Positions 30,263-40,157 of a DNA stretch of 64,000 bases are shown here, piece after piece. Under the pieces are notes generated by a model. It saw only the letters and a list, made by a program, of their open reading frames with translations. It was not told the DNA's origin and searched no databases. The stretch comes from a virus (taxonomy: Duplodnaviria; Caudoviricetes). Location: the IMG/VR virus record IMGVR_UViG_3300033121_001944, positions 25,384-89,383 of that record, one strand, 5' to 3'. Each line of letters opens with the position of its first letter. The stretch's first letter is position 1. Both the position numbers and the translations under genes were made by a program.

Positions 30263-31664
30263 GTTTCTTTGCCAATCTCAACTCTTCAGAAAAAGCTACC
30301 TCTTCAATATAAGCGCAGTTACGGCGAGCATCACATGAAATATATTCGCCTGGGGGTAATCCTGGTCCATGCCTGCATACAAGAGGTGCAAGTTTAAAAT
30401 TCCCACTTTCTATACCGTCTTCAGCGATTTCTTCCGCCGTTTTGGGTTTAAGGATTGAGAAGTTAGAGCAAAGCCAGATGATGCGATCTGACTGAGATAC
30501 GGAAGCCACACTCTCTCGATCAAGCCCCTCGCGATTTAACTGCACAAAGCTAACAATGGGGATGTCGTACATGACCGCAAAAGCATGAAGCTTCGTCATC
30601 ATAAACCCCATGAGCTGGTGCTCAGCTAGCTTATTGAGCCCCTCAGAATCCATCAACTTTAAGTAGTCGTAAACAATTACGCATGGGTTAGCTTTCCTAT
30701 CAGATGTAACGCCCACCTTCTTAAAGAGCCACCGCCTCATAACGGCAACCTGCTCTTCGAATGAAAAGCCAGAAATACTTTTATAGTCGAGCGACTTACC
30801 TTTAGTAGCTAGATCTTCAGCCGCCTGTAGAACGTTGGAGGCTACCGATTCATCCTGACCAAAGCTCCCAGTCTCAATATCTCTAATAGAAGTTTTAGAC
30901 TGGCAGGCAGTAAACCTCATTTGCTGGTCTTGCAGAGTCATTTCCGTGTCCAGATACAGTACTGGCAAACCCAACATGGCAATATTGCGAGACATGTTTA
31001 AGGCTAAACCTGACTTAAATCCCTTAGCGCGGGCTCCGATCATATTAATGGTGCCACCACGTAATCCGCCACCAATTGTAGCGTCCCATCTCTTAAAGCC
31101 AGTAGAGATTCCAGGCTGAGAGACTGGAGAAGCTTTAAGCTCTTGCAAGAGTGCTGTCAAGCCATCAGATAGAGATACGGGATCTTCATCCCTCTGATCA
31201 AGAATAGAGGAGAAGTTAAATACTTGATCTTCTGCAATAGATAAGATTTCGGTGATAGTTTCAGCTCCAGTAATGCCTAGGAGCTGTTCTTGTGCTACCT
31301 CCAACTTCTCAAACATTAGGCGGGCGATTTCCAGCTTGCGAATCTTCTGAGCAAACTTTCTTAGGTTAGCGGTCGAAGACTGAAAATCAATAATCTGCCT
31401 AATATGCTTGCTACATTCACTGCGATTAACGACCTGACCGATACCAAGCTCATGAGCTGCAGCCTGGAATGCCGCTATATCACATCGCTGGATCTTAGTA
31501 ACCTCATAGCAATGTTTAATGCATAAATACATTAATTCATTATAACTTTCTCTGAAGCTTGTATTTCTGATAATGTCGCATACATCATAATATGCATCAA
31601 TGCCGCCATTATAGATAGCTGAGAGTACAGCTTTTTCTGCCGCTGGGTTACTTAGAGATTCCAT
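30240..31664 (-). CDS. dnaB: replicative DnaB-like helicase
   Basis: AEKAVLSAI; STGFKRWDATIGGG; LDTEM; YDYLKL; VQLNR; variant Walker A GARAKGFKS. Confidence 0.9.
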   Translation of the reverse strand: MESLSNPAAEKAVLSAIYNGGIDAYYDVCDIIRNTSFRESYNELMYLCIKHCYEVTKIQRCDIAAFQAAAHELGIGQVVNRSECSKHIRQIIDFQSSTANLRKFAQKIRKLEIARLMFEKLEVAQEQLLGITGAETITEILSIAEDQVFNFSSILDQRDEDPVSLSDGLTALLQELKASPVSQPGISTGFKRWDATIGGGLRGGTINMIGARAKGFKSGLALNMSRNIAMLGLPVLYLDTEMTLQDQQMRFTACQSKTSIRDIETGSFGQDESVASNVLQAAEDLATKGKSLDYKSISGFSFEEQVAVMRRWLFKKVGVTSDRKANPCVIVYDYLKLMDSEGLNKLAEHQLMGFMMTKLHAFAVMYDIPIVSFVQLNREGLDRESVASVSQSDRIIWLCSNFSILKPKTAEEIAEDGIESGNFKLAPLVCRHGPGLPPGEYISCDARRNCAYIEEVAFSEELRLAKKHGLQQSN

Positions 31665-32125
31665 TATCGTCCTGTCGTACAACACTTATTACAGTAGTAA
31701 GCCGCTTCTTCCGTTTGTCCAGTTTCGTTACGATTCTTGAAAACTAAACCTCTGTCAATCCGATCCTTTTTTCCACACCGTTTACATTCTACGGTCACTA
31801 GGTTATTGGGTCTATCCCTTTCTGTGGGGGCTCGATTTGCCCACAATTTTTTGTCGGTCTCTACATCCTGCTTATTTGCATGAAAGAGGGGGCTATCTTC
31901 AAATTCATTAACATATTCGCCCTTCTTTCTTTTTTGAGTGGGGCGTGGCTCTTGTTTTTCTTGTGGATCTACAGATCGCTCTTCTTTCTTATAATGCTTA
32001 CGACGAACCTTCTTTCGCTCCTCTTTTGCATTATTTCCAGCAATAGCTTGAATTAGCTTCTGCTGCTCTTCTGGGGAGAGTCCCTCGATGAGCTTTAAAA
32101 TGTCGTCTTGATTATTCTTTGCCAT
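31664..32125 (-). CDS. hypothetical protein with C-terminal Zn ribbon
   Basis: CKRC...CNKC. Confidence 0.6.
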   Translation of the reverse strand: MAKNNQDDILKLIEGLSPEEQQKLIQAIAGNNAKEERKKVRRKHYKKEERSVDPQEKQEPRPTQKRKKGEYVNEFEDSPLFHANKQDVETDKKLWANRAPTERDRPNNLVTVECKRCGKKDRIDRGLVFKNRNETGQTEEAAYYCNKCCTTGR

Positions 32126-32588
32126 ATGCGCTCCTCATCAGTAAATCACTTAAATGATCAATAATCTTTGGTAGCCCCTCTAAATCTTGCATACGGATTT
32201 CCGCATGATTCTTAATTCTCAATAATTTAGATGCTGCCACATTCTCTCTAGCAATAGCCGCTATCTTCATTTCATCTTTAAAGATATGACGATAATTTTC
32301 CCATTCTCCAGCACAAATATTGGAGAGAGAGGCGTTGCAGAATTTTACGCGGGCTCGCTCTCTATTAAAAAGCCGCTGGATATACATGGAGTGCTGAGCA
32401 AGTTGCATAGCAATCTCCTCTCTATCATTGCGGCTTAAAGACTCAATATAATCTCTAGACATATTCCAATATGGAGACATGTCGTGAGAAAAATTTGGGA
32501 ACTTTAGATTGTGGGCATTTTCATATTCGTCAAGAATTTTGTCCAACTGCTCGTCTAAGTTTGTCTGCCCACTGTTCGGCTGATTCAT
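32112..32588 (-). CDS. hypothetical helical protein
   Basis: 158 aa within the replication operon. Confidence 0.6.
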   Translation of the reverse strand: MNQPNSGQTNLDEQLDKILDEYENAHNLKFPNFSHDMSPYWNMSRDYIESLSRNDREEIAMQLAQHSMYIQRLFNRERARVKFCNASLSNICAGEWENYRHIFKDEMKIAAIARENVAASKLLRIKNHAEIRMQDLEGLPKIIDHLSDLLMRSAYGKE

Positions 32589-32946
32589 TATAAGCTAACT
32601 CCACATACCTAAATTCGTTAATCTCACACCACTCTTTTTTCAGCTCATCATTTAGTTTAGCTCTTCCGAATCGGTGCTTGTGACCGTGAAAATGGGGCAC
32701 AAACTCATAATGCTGCTGTCCATGCACTTCAATAACCAAACATAATGTCGGAACATAAATATCTAGATAGAGATTTAGCCCCTTTTTAACTCTAACTGCT
32801 ACTTCATCAATTGTAGCCATCCGTGGGAAAACTTCCTTCAACACTTCCTTAGCCTGTTGATGGAGCTTCGATTTTTCCCTAGTCTTACATTTTTTCTTTG
32901 AAATCTTCAGATCGTAAATGTTGCCATCAAGATCTTTAACTTCCAA
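32530..32946 (-). CDS. Vsr/DUF559-like endonuclease
   Basis: LDIYVP...IEVHGQQH...DELKKEWC. Confidence 0.7.
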   Translation of the reverse strand: MEVKDLDGNIYDLKISKKKCKTREKSKLHQQAKEVLKEVFPRMATIDEVAVRVKKGLNLYLDIYVPTLCLVIEVHGQQHYEFVPHFHGHKHRFGRAKLNDELKKEWCEINEFRYVELAYNESAEQWADKLRRAVGQNS

Positions 32947-33922
32947 GGCGTGCCTTCACTTCCTCTATGATAGCTTGAGCGATTGCGGGGTCTTCACGCA
33001 TTTTTTCTATGAATTTTAGGTCACCTTGAGCCTTAAACTCGCCGAAGGAATACCATGACCCCTTCTTAGTAACGACTCCGGTATGTTCGCCCTGAGCTAA
33101 ATCGAACCATTCAGCCATCTCATCTATACCAATGCCGTAGCGTAACCGACCGTCAATTGCTTGACCTGGAGGACCTAAGGCGGAGTTTTCGCACTCCCAA
33201 TGGATTAGCTGACCTATTTGCTTTTTATTCGTGCCATCCACCTCTTCCCATGGAGAAGCCCATTTAGCCCACAACTTAAAGGAGTTTGCGTACTGGATCT
33301 TATTTCCTGAAGTCTCAGCTTTAGTAGCGTGACCGGGTCCAGTATTGGCGATATCGTGGGTAATGCCAATGCAGATATTGTCCGTAATATTTAAAATGGG
33401 TAAAGCTCTTTTACAGAACTTAGATAGTGTTAATGGCATAGAATCTCTCGTTCTCTCAGTGATATCGCCTATCGTGTTATCTTCAGACAACAACTGAGAA
33501 AAAGAGTCAAAGTATACTACACATTTTTCGTATTGTTGTAACTTTAAAAGCCCAATAGCAACGAATTCTTCTCCTGAAAGTGGGGCGCTAGCATCATTTG
33601 ACTGAATCACCTCAAATTTCTCTGGAGATAGGTCTAGTCCAGGAATGGACTCTAGGTCGCGACGGGTAAGGCGTGCCTCAATGTTAAGGTATACAATCCT
33701 ATACCCCTGCTCTTGAGCTTTCTTGGCAAAGTGCAGACAGGTGGTGGTCTTTCCAGCCTTATACTTACCACGAATGATAACTAAGCTTCCAGCCTGGATA
33801 CCGCCCCCCAACATAGCGTCAATGGCAGGGCTTACAGAAATTAACGTTCGTTCCCTATCAATGATAGAAGCCGCACTAATTGTGGACTCTTCTACTCTCT
33901 TATATAATTTGTCTTTACTCAT
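32936..33922 (-). CDS. recA: RecA/UvsX-like recombinase
   Basis: GKYKAGKTT Walker A; FDS Walker B; SGNKIQY; KKGSWYSFG. Confidence 0.9.
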   Translation of the reverse strand: MSKDKLYKRVEESTISAASIIDRERTLISVSPAIDAMLGGGIQAGSLVIIRGKYKAGKTTTCLHFAKKAQEQGYRIVYLNIEARLTRRDLESIPGLDLSPEKFEVIQSNDASAPLSGEEFVAIGLLKLQQYEKCVVYFDSFSQLLSEDNTIGDITERTRDSMPLTLSKFCKRALPILNITDNICIGITHDIANTGPGHATKAETSGNKIQYANSFKLWAKWASPWEEVDGTNKKQIGQLIHWECENSALGPPGQAIDGRLRYGIGIDEMAEWFDLAQGEHTGVVTKKGSWYSFGEFKAQGDLKFIEKMREDPAIAQAIIEEVKARLGS

Positions 33923-34376
33923 CTAAATTACTCAGTTTGCTCTTTCTATTAAATCTGCCTTGAGATGGTTGTTCAGCCACCTTAATATCCTTCTTCTCTA
34001 TAGCGGAAGCCCTATTATTTACTTCGATCATTTTCTTTTCAAGGGCTTGTAATCGAAGAGAAAAGGCGTATGGAATCTCTTTGACGGCTGTAAGAATTAC
34101 CTGCTCAGTATACTTTCTTACTAACTTATTAGCTAATAAGACCTGCATGGTAAAATACTGCTTCCATTCCTTGGAAGTTTCCCAGAACTGGTGAGGAAGG
34201 TCAATGTTATCAGCCTTTGCCTTCCTTCCACACATCATTTCAGCGAGATATTGAGCGAACGTTACAAATTTATCAGGAGAATATATGGACGGATAGCTAC
34301 TTTTTTCTGTTTGGCGATTGGACATGGAAGACATAATCCGGTTGGTGTGCTCTTGCTCGTGCCTGTAAACTCTCAC
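33915..34376 (-). CDS. hypothetical protein
   Basis: 153-aa ORF; true start probably internal. Confidence 0.55.
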   Translation of the reverse strand: MRVYRHEQEHTNRIMSSMSNRQTEKSSYPSIYSPDKFVTFAQYLAEMMCGRKAKADNIDLPHQFWETSKEWKQYFTMQVLLANKLVRKYTEQVILTAVKEIPYAFSLRLQALEKKMIEVNNRASAIEKKDIKVAEQPSQGRFNRKSKLSNLDE

Positions 34377-34887
34377 CTTTAGTAGAGGCGCCTTCGGTCA
34401 TGACCGCTACGCCCTTTTCCCCGGACACTCCCTGCCTGATCATCAATTCGCGAGCGCCCACATTCCGCATCGCTTCATTGTAAATCTCGCTAACTTCAGC
34501 CGACCGCCCCTTAAATTTTTGCAGCGCTTTCTCAATCAGACGAAGAGCGTCTTCACCATGAATGCCAGCCTGACTCATTTTAGATAAGACTGCGTGATGA
34601 TCGTAAGTAACATTATAGTCTTTAAGAGCTTTCTTCGTCTCTGTGTAAGCCTGCGTTTCTTTCCGTTTGGGGGCTGGCTCTTCTCGTGAGTTGTCAACTA
34701 GCTCTTTAAAGAATTTAGTTTTCTGCTCTTCCTCAAAGGTCTTAAGAAAGCTCTCAAGAAAGAGTTCTACAGAGCGGGAACTGTCGCTTCGCCCAACAGC
34801 CTCCTTAATCTCCTCGGTAGAAGCTCCAAGAAAGTGCATTCCAATGACAGTATACTTTTCCGTAAGTTTTAGTGGTCCTTTACTCAT
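34297..34887 (-). CDS. hypothetical protein
   Basis: 196 aa, coupled to the upstream stop. Confidence 0.6.
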   Translation of the reverse strand: MSKGPLKLTEKYTVIGMHFLGASTEEIKEAVGRSDSSRSVELFLESFLKTFEEEQKTKFFKELVDNSREEPAPKRKETQAYTETKKALKDYNVTYDHHAVLSKMSQAGIHGEDALRLIEKALQKFKGRSAEVSEIYNEAMRNVGARELMIRQGVSGEKGVAVMTEGASTKGESLQARARAHQPDYVFHVQSPNRKK

Positions 34888-35312
34888 TAGGCGCTCCCCA
34901 AATCACGTCGTGCAATAATTAAAAAGTTTTGATTTCTAGTTTTTAAAAAGTGAGCATAATGACAAAAGGTCGTATACGCCACATTTGTATATTTCCAAAC
35001 CGGAAGATTATTTTCCTGCCTGGAAGATGATGAAAGATGGTTGGTGTCAATAGGATTAAATAATTCACCGTTTCTATTGATCTTTAAATAATATCGGTGA
35101 CCAACCTTTTTTGCACATGCAGTCTTGCGAGATTCAGCCTTTACCTTGGCTGAGTCGTAGATTGCCGGAATGTCATCATGCATATAATCATGCTCTCCAC
35201 GAATGGTGAACACCACTTCTCTAACTGGCTTGTAATCAACAACCCCCTCTAGCTCTTTTTCCTTCTTTGGGGTGAAGACTGAAGATTCTACATCTTTAAT
35301 GTTCAATCTCAT
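34887..35312 (-). CDS. hypothetical protein
   Basis: 141 aa within the operon. Confidence 0.6.
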   Translation of the reverse strand: MRLNIKDVESSVFTPKKEKELEGVVDYKPVREVVFTIRGEHDYMHDDIPAIYDSAKVKAESRKTACAKKVGHRYYLKINRNGELFNPIDTNHLSSSSRQENNLPVWKYTNVAYTTFCHYAHFLKTRNQNFLIIARRDLGSA

Positions 35313-35568
35313 ATTTATCTTTCTTTTTCGGGTTCAGTGAATCTTGAATATCAGTTTTTTGATCTTCTGTCATCTTTTTTGAATTTTTATCAGCAAATGA
35401 GCCTAGCGTTTTTTGAGGCTCAATAAATCTTACTTTATCAGCTACGTAATCCCTTACCATTTTTTCCAAACATTGCGGGCAAAACTCCGGCTCTCCAGCC
35501 TTAGCCATCTCTTTAGAGATCTCAAAAGAAACTTCGCAATGCTCGCAGTTATATGTGTAAAGCGGCAT
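35296..35568 (-). CDS. FmdB-family Zn-ribbon protein
   Basis: MPLYTYNCEHC...CPQC. Confidence 0.85.
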   Translation of the reverse strand: MPLYTYNCEHCEVSFEISKEMAKAGEPEFCPQCLEKMVRDYVADKVRFIEPQKTLGSFADKNSKKMTEDQKTDIQDSLNPKKKDKYEIEH

Positions 35569-35981
35569 TAAGTTGTAGCCTTTTTTGGAGTAAAGAGCCA
35601 GTTGCCAAGCTTCATTACATTATAAAATAGCATTAGGAGACCAAAAACTGCAAACCCTAATACTGTATTGATAATTCTCTTATCGTTATTCTTAAAGAAA
35701 TCAGCTACTTGCACAAGCCCCCCATGAGCTACAATAATTTGCTGAGTATTGTTTTGAATGCCCAACAAGTTAATATTAATCTGGTTGATTCGCTCTCTAA
35801 TATTTAGAATATTTTCTCCGAGAGCTTTTTGTTCAACTAGCAAGGCATTTTGCCGCTCACTGCACTCTCTTAGAGCGTCCAAGAGTGGTTGAGCTTGAGT
35901 TGCATTAACAACTTCTGGCTCTTGAGCGGAGGCGGTTAGCGGCAAAGCAAGGAAGCAAATCAATAGAATCTTCTTAATCAT
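35568..35981 (-). CDS. exported coiled-coil membrane protein
   Basis: Signal peptide MIKKILLICFLALPLTASA, coiled coil, C-terminal TM; start at 35981 overlaps the upstream stop. Confidence 0.6.
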   Translation of the reverse strand: MIKKILLICFLALPLTASAQEPEVVNATQAQPLLDALRECSERQNALLVEQKALGENILNIRERINQININLLGIQNNTQQIIVAHGGLVQVADFFKNNDKRIINTVLGFAVFGLLMLFYNVMKLGNWLFTPKKATT

Positions 35982-36396
35982 TTCTCTTATCTTTTCTAAA
36001 AATCTTAGCGGCTCCTCGCGTAATTCCTGTCTGCGCGTTATAACCAACATTAACCATGTTCTGGAAGCCGTAACCGGTCTTATTATATACTACAATACCG
36101 TCTTTTTGAAGCCTAATTACTTGATACTCGCCAGATTCTCCCATGGGGATCATCTCGCCTTGAGGATTAACCCACGTATCACTGTTCTCGATATAGATCA
36201 GATCTCCTGGCTTAAGATCTTCCCATGAAACCTCCTTATATAGCTTAGACTTTTTAGGGGGTCGAATAATATAAAAGATATGCCCACATTCGCACCTCTT
36301 TGTGGATGCGGGCAATCTCATTCCGCATGGGCAATCCTTATACCCACGTCCTCGATCAATGTCAGGACAATCCTTGTGACCAATCGCTTTATCCAT
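35974..36396 (-). CDS. hypothetical protein (Cys-rich N-terminus, SH3-like C-terminus)
   Basis: HKDCP repeated, CPCG...CECGH. Confidence 0.6.
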   Translation of the reverse strand: MDKAIGHKDCPDIDRGRGYKDCPCGMRLPASTKRCECGHIFYIIRPPKKSKLYKEVSWEDLKPGDLIYIENSDTWVNPQGEMIPMGESGEYQVIRLQKDGIVVYNKTGYGFQNMVNVGYNAQTGITRGAAKIFRKDKRND

Positions 36397-36400
36397 TCTC

Positions 36401-37099
36401 TCACTTTATATTTTGGATTTTAGTGCAGATACGATAGATATGCTTATTACGCTGAATATCCTCTTCAGTCATTCTCACCTTGGCGACTTCTTCATCTTCC
36501 AATTGATCAAACATTTTAGCAAAAAAACATTGACCGTCAGGAACCTGATTCCGATCTCCAATCATGACCAATTTAGACTCTCGATCCATTCGGCTCAAAA
36601 AGAGTAAGATATCGTCCTTAGACGATTCCTGCACTTCCTCAGCGACTACGAAAGTTCTACGAAAAGAACGCCCGCGAATAATTGAGGCGGAAGTTAGTTC
36701 AATTACGTGAGACTTCCAGTATTTATCAAATTCCGCAGGACCTAAAAATTCCTTAAAGTATTCAGCGACTTGATCAAATAAGGCAAAGCCCTTCTCTTCC
36801 CAAGTTCCTGGAGCGAAACCAAATTCTTTAATGAGGTGGCGGGAATTCCTGACGAATACGATCTTATCTACTTTACCACCAAGCAGATATTGGCAAGCCA
36901 TACCTACTGCGATAAACGTTTTGCCGGTTCCCCAAGGACTGTCGCATAGAATAAAGTCCTTCTCGTTAATAGCCTGAATAAAATCCTTTTGATTGGTAGT
37001 TCGCCCAACCACTTGTTTAAATTTGCTGGTCAAAGATGCATCTTTCGCTGATAAGTTATTTAAGAGTTTCTCGTAGCTTTTCCAGGACAACATCATCAA
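36401..37099 (-). CDS. phoH: PhoH-family ATPase
   Basis: GTGKTFIA; IRGRSF; AEEVQ; IGDRNQ; DIQRN. Confidence 0.9.
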   Translation of the reverse strand: MMMLSWKSYEKLLNNLSAKDASLTSKFKQVVGRTTNQKDFIQAINEKDFILCDSPWGTGKTFIAVGMACQYLLGGKVDKIVFVRNSRHLIKEFGFAPGTWEEKGFALFDQVAEYFKEFLGPAEFDKYWKSHVIELTSASIIRGRSFRRTFVVAEEVQESSKDDILLFLSRMDRESKLVMIGDRNQVPDGQCFFAKMFDQLEDEEVAKVRMTEEDIQRNKHIYRICTKIQNIK

Positions 37100-37238
37100 T
37101 ATTATCTAGATTAATATTTAATTTCCGAAACTCAGCGTAACCTATAAGCATTAAAATGACCCCCGCTGTTAACTGAAGATTTGCGGTACCAGCGAGTAAA
37201 GCACCGACGACGAACAGAGCGATAAATGCGAGTTTCAT
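37056..37238 (-). CDS. small membrane protein
   Basis: Two hydrophobic segments, GGAGG RBS. Confidence 0.55.
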   Translation of the reverse strand: MKLAFIALFVVGALLAGTANLQLTAGVILMLIGYAEFRKLNINLDNIDDVVLEKLRETLK

Positions 37239-37250
37239 AAAACCCCTCCC

Positions 37251-37814
37251 CTAAAGTATACACCGGGCTTTTTGAAAAGCTAGTAGAAATTCTTTGTAAG
37301 CTTTTTTGGGCTCCCAACAATTAATTGTAACATTGAGAGTAGCTACATTCTCGTGAATTAGATATCCGCGTAACTTTAAGGATTCAGCATTCACCATCAT
37401 TTTATCGATTTGCTTTACAAGTGGGTGGGAGAGATCTATGGGGAGATCAAGACCTTCCAGCATTACCTTGCTAATCCGGTTCTCCAGCTCGCCTATTGTT
37501 ACAATTTCTCCGTTTGGCGGTAGAGCAACAGCATAATTTGCTTTACATGGTTTGACGTGGTCAATTGCGGTTAACCCCTCACATCCATCATGAATTAGGC
37601 AAGCCATTTGGACTTTTGGGTCTTTTGTGAGTCCCAAGCTAGCTTGCCAGCATAAGACTGAATGTTCAGCCGTACTGTAAAAATCCTCAAGATGCCCGCC
37701 AAACCTACAAGTATTGGATAGGCTTTTGGCTATATCCTTAATTTCAATATCAGAGGGGGATAACGCTAACGGGCAGATGACCTTACCAGTGTAGGTCCGA
37801 ATTAAGGGCTTCAT
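37251..37814 (-). CDS. HD-domain phosphohydrolase (YfbR-like 5'-deoxynucleotidase)
   Basis: IKDIAKSLSNTCRFGGH; YSTAEHS; LIHDGCE. Confidence 0.85.
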   Translation of the reverse strand: MKPLIRTYTGKVICPLALSPSDIEIKDIAKSLSNTCRFGGHLEDFYSTAEHSVLCWQASLGLTKDPKVQMACLIHDGCEGLTAIDHVKPCKANYAVALPPNGEIVTIGELENRISKVMLEGLDLPIDLSHPLVKQIDKMMVNAESLKLRGYLIHENVATLNVTINCWEPKKAYKEFLLAFQKARCIL

Positions 37815-38236
37815 AGGAAACCAATACTAAAAGGAGGTGAAATATGATTAACAGGCTCAATACATCCTCTGGCTATTCCAGCTTTTCCTTCTTGGAAATA
37901 CTGCTTTTGCATACCCAATACAAGATAACCTGCCCCGCGAGGAACCTTTCCCCCTAATGATTGCCAATAATCTATCATATTTGGTATTCTGCATATTTTA
38001 TACATCGCACCATTTTTAGAGATATGAAAGTATGGCTCATTTTTTACGCACTCTGGAAACAGCTCAACAGGGGCAAGAATGGGTCCAAGATTATAGTTTA
38101 AGGCATGTCTAAAATAAGGGGCAACGGTTTTTAAATTAACTGGACGCTCATAACCTATATGTGGCTCGTGAACCTTTAAAAAAGCATATAGCTCTTCATT
38201 ATAACATTTTCTTATGATTGCATCTAAACCGTACAT
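37811..38236 (-). CDS. hypothetical protein
   Basis: 141 aa, GAGGT RBS. Confidence 0.55.
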   Translation of the reverse strand: MYGLDAIIRKCYNEELYAFLKVHEPHIGYERPVNLKTVAPYFRHALNYNLGPILAPVELFPECVKNEPYFHISKNGAMYKICRIPNMIDYWQSLGGKVPRGAGYLVLGMQKQYFQEGKAGIARGCIEPVNHISPPFSIGFL

Positions 38237-38241
38237 ATACC

Positions 38242-38391
38242 TCAGAGGATACAGCTAAACATGCTAAATCCTACTAGAAGTATAGACAACAAAATAGATA
38301 AAATCAAGGCTCCAACCAGCGTTTTTATTAATCTGGGAAAAAACCACAAACAGAAGAAGCTGATTATAAAAAGGAGCGGCAGGCTAAGCAT
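38242..38391 (-). CDS. small two-TM membrane protein (not in ORF track)
   Basis: MLSLPLLFIISFFCLWFFPRLIKTLVGALILSILLSILLVGFSMFSCIL, 49 aa; fills the gap and overlaps the thyX stop. Confidence 0.55.
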   Translation of the reverse strand: MLSLPLLFIISFFCLWFFPRLIKTLVGALILSILLSILLVGFSMFSCIL

Positions 38392-39052
38392 TCAGCTCTT
38401 CCCAAATCTTCATCGTTTCCGGATAAAGCCCCATCATAATCTCTTTCATAGCCCAGGCAACCCGCTGAATTTCCCATTGGGCGTGTGGATGAAGGCGGAG
38501 TTTTAGAAAATGACAGGCATTATGCAAGCTGACCGTTCCATAGTACTGAGTGTACAGATTTTGTGGAAGAATCATGCGAGCCATTTCGCGGGCTACGCCA
38601 GCCTCAATCATTCGCTGATATCTAGCGTAGGATATCTCACAATGTTCGCGCACCATCCAGTCTAGCTCCTCCGACTGAAAATCTTCATCGCTCATCTGCT
38701 TGTTATTTTTGGACTGGGTTCGCCAGCAGGGCGGGTAATAGAATTGGATATCGTCTGATGTATACCGGCGTGAAATTTCATTCACCATCCAGGTTCTGTG
38801 ACGATGATGTTGACTCCGCACAAACAGGGGCACGGTGAAGCGAAAACTAACGCAAACCTGCTCTAAAGGGCTCGTGTGTCCATTAACTAGCAAATAACGA
38901 ATAAGCTTTCTATCTGCATCATCAAAGATTGTTTTATGTTTACCATAACTAACCCGCGCCGCATTTACTATGGTGAGGTCGGTCCCCATATGATCAATGA
39001 GTTCAACCTTACCAATACCGTCACCGTACAAATCAATTGATTGCATTAACAT
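38384..39052 (-). CDS. thyX: FAD-dependent thymidylate synthase
   Basis: IVNAARVSY; HTSPLE; RHR...NEISRRY; AREMARMILP; HAQWEI. Confidence 0.97.
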   Translation of the reverse strand: MLMQSIDLYGDGIGKVELIDHMGTDLTIVNAARVSYGKHKTIFDDADRKLIRYLLVNGHTSPLEQVCVSFRFTVPLFVRSQHHRHRTWMVNEISRRYTSDDIQFYYPPCWRTQSKNNKQMSDEDFQSEELDWMVREHCEISYARYQRMIEAGVAREMARMILPQNLYTQYYGTVSLHNACHFLKLRLHPHAQWEIQRVAWAMKEIMMGLYPETMKIWEELNA

Positions 39053-39711
39053 TTTCCCATAAAATTTCGTCGTGGTCGCATAATACCAATATAATATGCC
39101 TCAGCAAAGTGTAGCTCGCTTACATCAAACAGAAGGTAGCTTACCTGATCGGTAGGCAACAGTTTATGATGACCCAATCTCGCCCGCTTTTTTAGATTTA
39201 TAGACTGCCCTACGTATTCGCATAATCTATCTGACCATAGAAAGTATATACCAGATTTCTCAGGCAAATTATCCCCATCGCGGCTTACTTGGACCTTAAT
39301 ATATGACACGTCAGGATATGGAACGTTACGAGTTTCTGGTACCGGAACAGATTGAAACTTAAGATACCTCTTCCGCTCTTTATGGGCTTGCTCCTTTTTT
39401 AGAGTATTGGCAACAAATTCTACTTGTGCGTTTGTCCGCAACATCTCTTTTTCCATTTTTTCGGCTTGCTCGATAGAAAACCCGCCATCTATTTTCACTA
39501 ACCTTTCGTAAGCTTGATCGTTAATTTTCTTTAGCTGTTTCAAGAGATCCGGTCGTGGAGTTTGTGATTTGTTACAGAGCTTTATAATATTATTGATAGC
39601 TTTGGCTTGCTCGTAATTACTTAAGGTGACGATCGATCGCCTCGTCCCGTTTATAGTCGGAACAACTTCCCACACCACTCCGCAGGACTGTGCTCGCGCT
39701 CGAACGCTCAT
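39046..39711 (-). CDS. protein with C-terminal GIY-YIG nuclease domain
   Basis: SGIYFL...YVGQSINLKKR...EAYYI. Confidence 0.7.
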   Translation of the reverse strand: MSVRARAQSCGVVWEVVPTINGTRRSIVTLSNYEQAKAINNIIKLCNKSQTPRPDLLKQLKKINDQAYERLVKIDGGFSIEQAEKMEKEMLRTNAQVEFVANTLKKEQAHKERKRYLKFQSVPVPETRNVPYPDVSYIKVQVSRDGDNLPEKSGIYFLWSDRLCEYVGQSINLKKRARLGHHKLLPTDQVSYLLFDVSELHFAEAYYIGIMRPRRNFMGKC

Positions 39712-40079
39712 TCTTTAACCTCCCACTGCGAAGCCCCTTTCACTAGCCCGCCCAAATACTCTGGTGCTGTTTTAACCGCATTTACCGAGGTCCCCTCCTT
39801 GACATCAAATGGAACCTCAATTTCCTCATCGTCAATTACGACCACCTTCTTGCCGTCCTTCTCCCTGACGACGACCGTGGCTTCCTCAATATAGATTTTG
39901 GGGCTCGCACAATACGTTGTAATGATGCTACCTAGAAAGACTGAGCTAATGAAGGATAGTCCCGCCTTAAGTCGCTGGACAGTTCCCTCCTTGCCAGATT
40001 CCCTATAGGCGTCACGCACAGCCATAATACAAGTTACAATAGCCAGGGCGAAGAGAGCCCACCATAGAGCAATATTCAC
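39708..40079 (-). CDS. membrane protein
   Basis: Two TM segments in 123 aa. Confidence 0.55.
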   Translation of the reverse strand: MNIALWWALFALAIVTCIMAVRDAYRESGKEGTVQRLKAGLSFISSVFLGSIITTYCASPKIYIEEATVVVREKDGKKVVVIDDEEIEVPFDVKEGTSVNAVKTAPEYLGGLVKGASQWEVKE

Positions 40080-40157
40080 TTAACAAGTCCTACTATCCAA
40101 AGAACAGCCCGCCAAAAATATAACCGTATAGAAACGCTAGAATTACTGCCCAAATCA

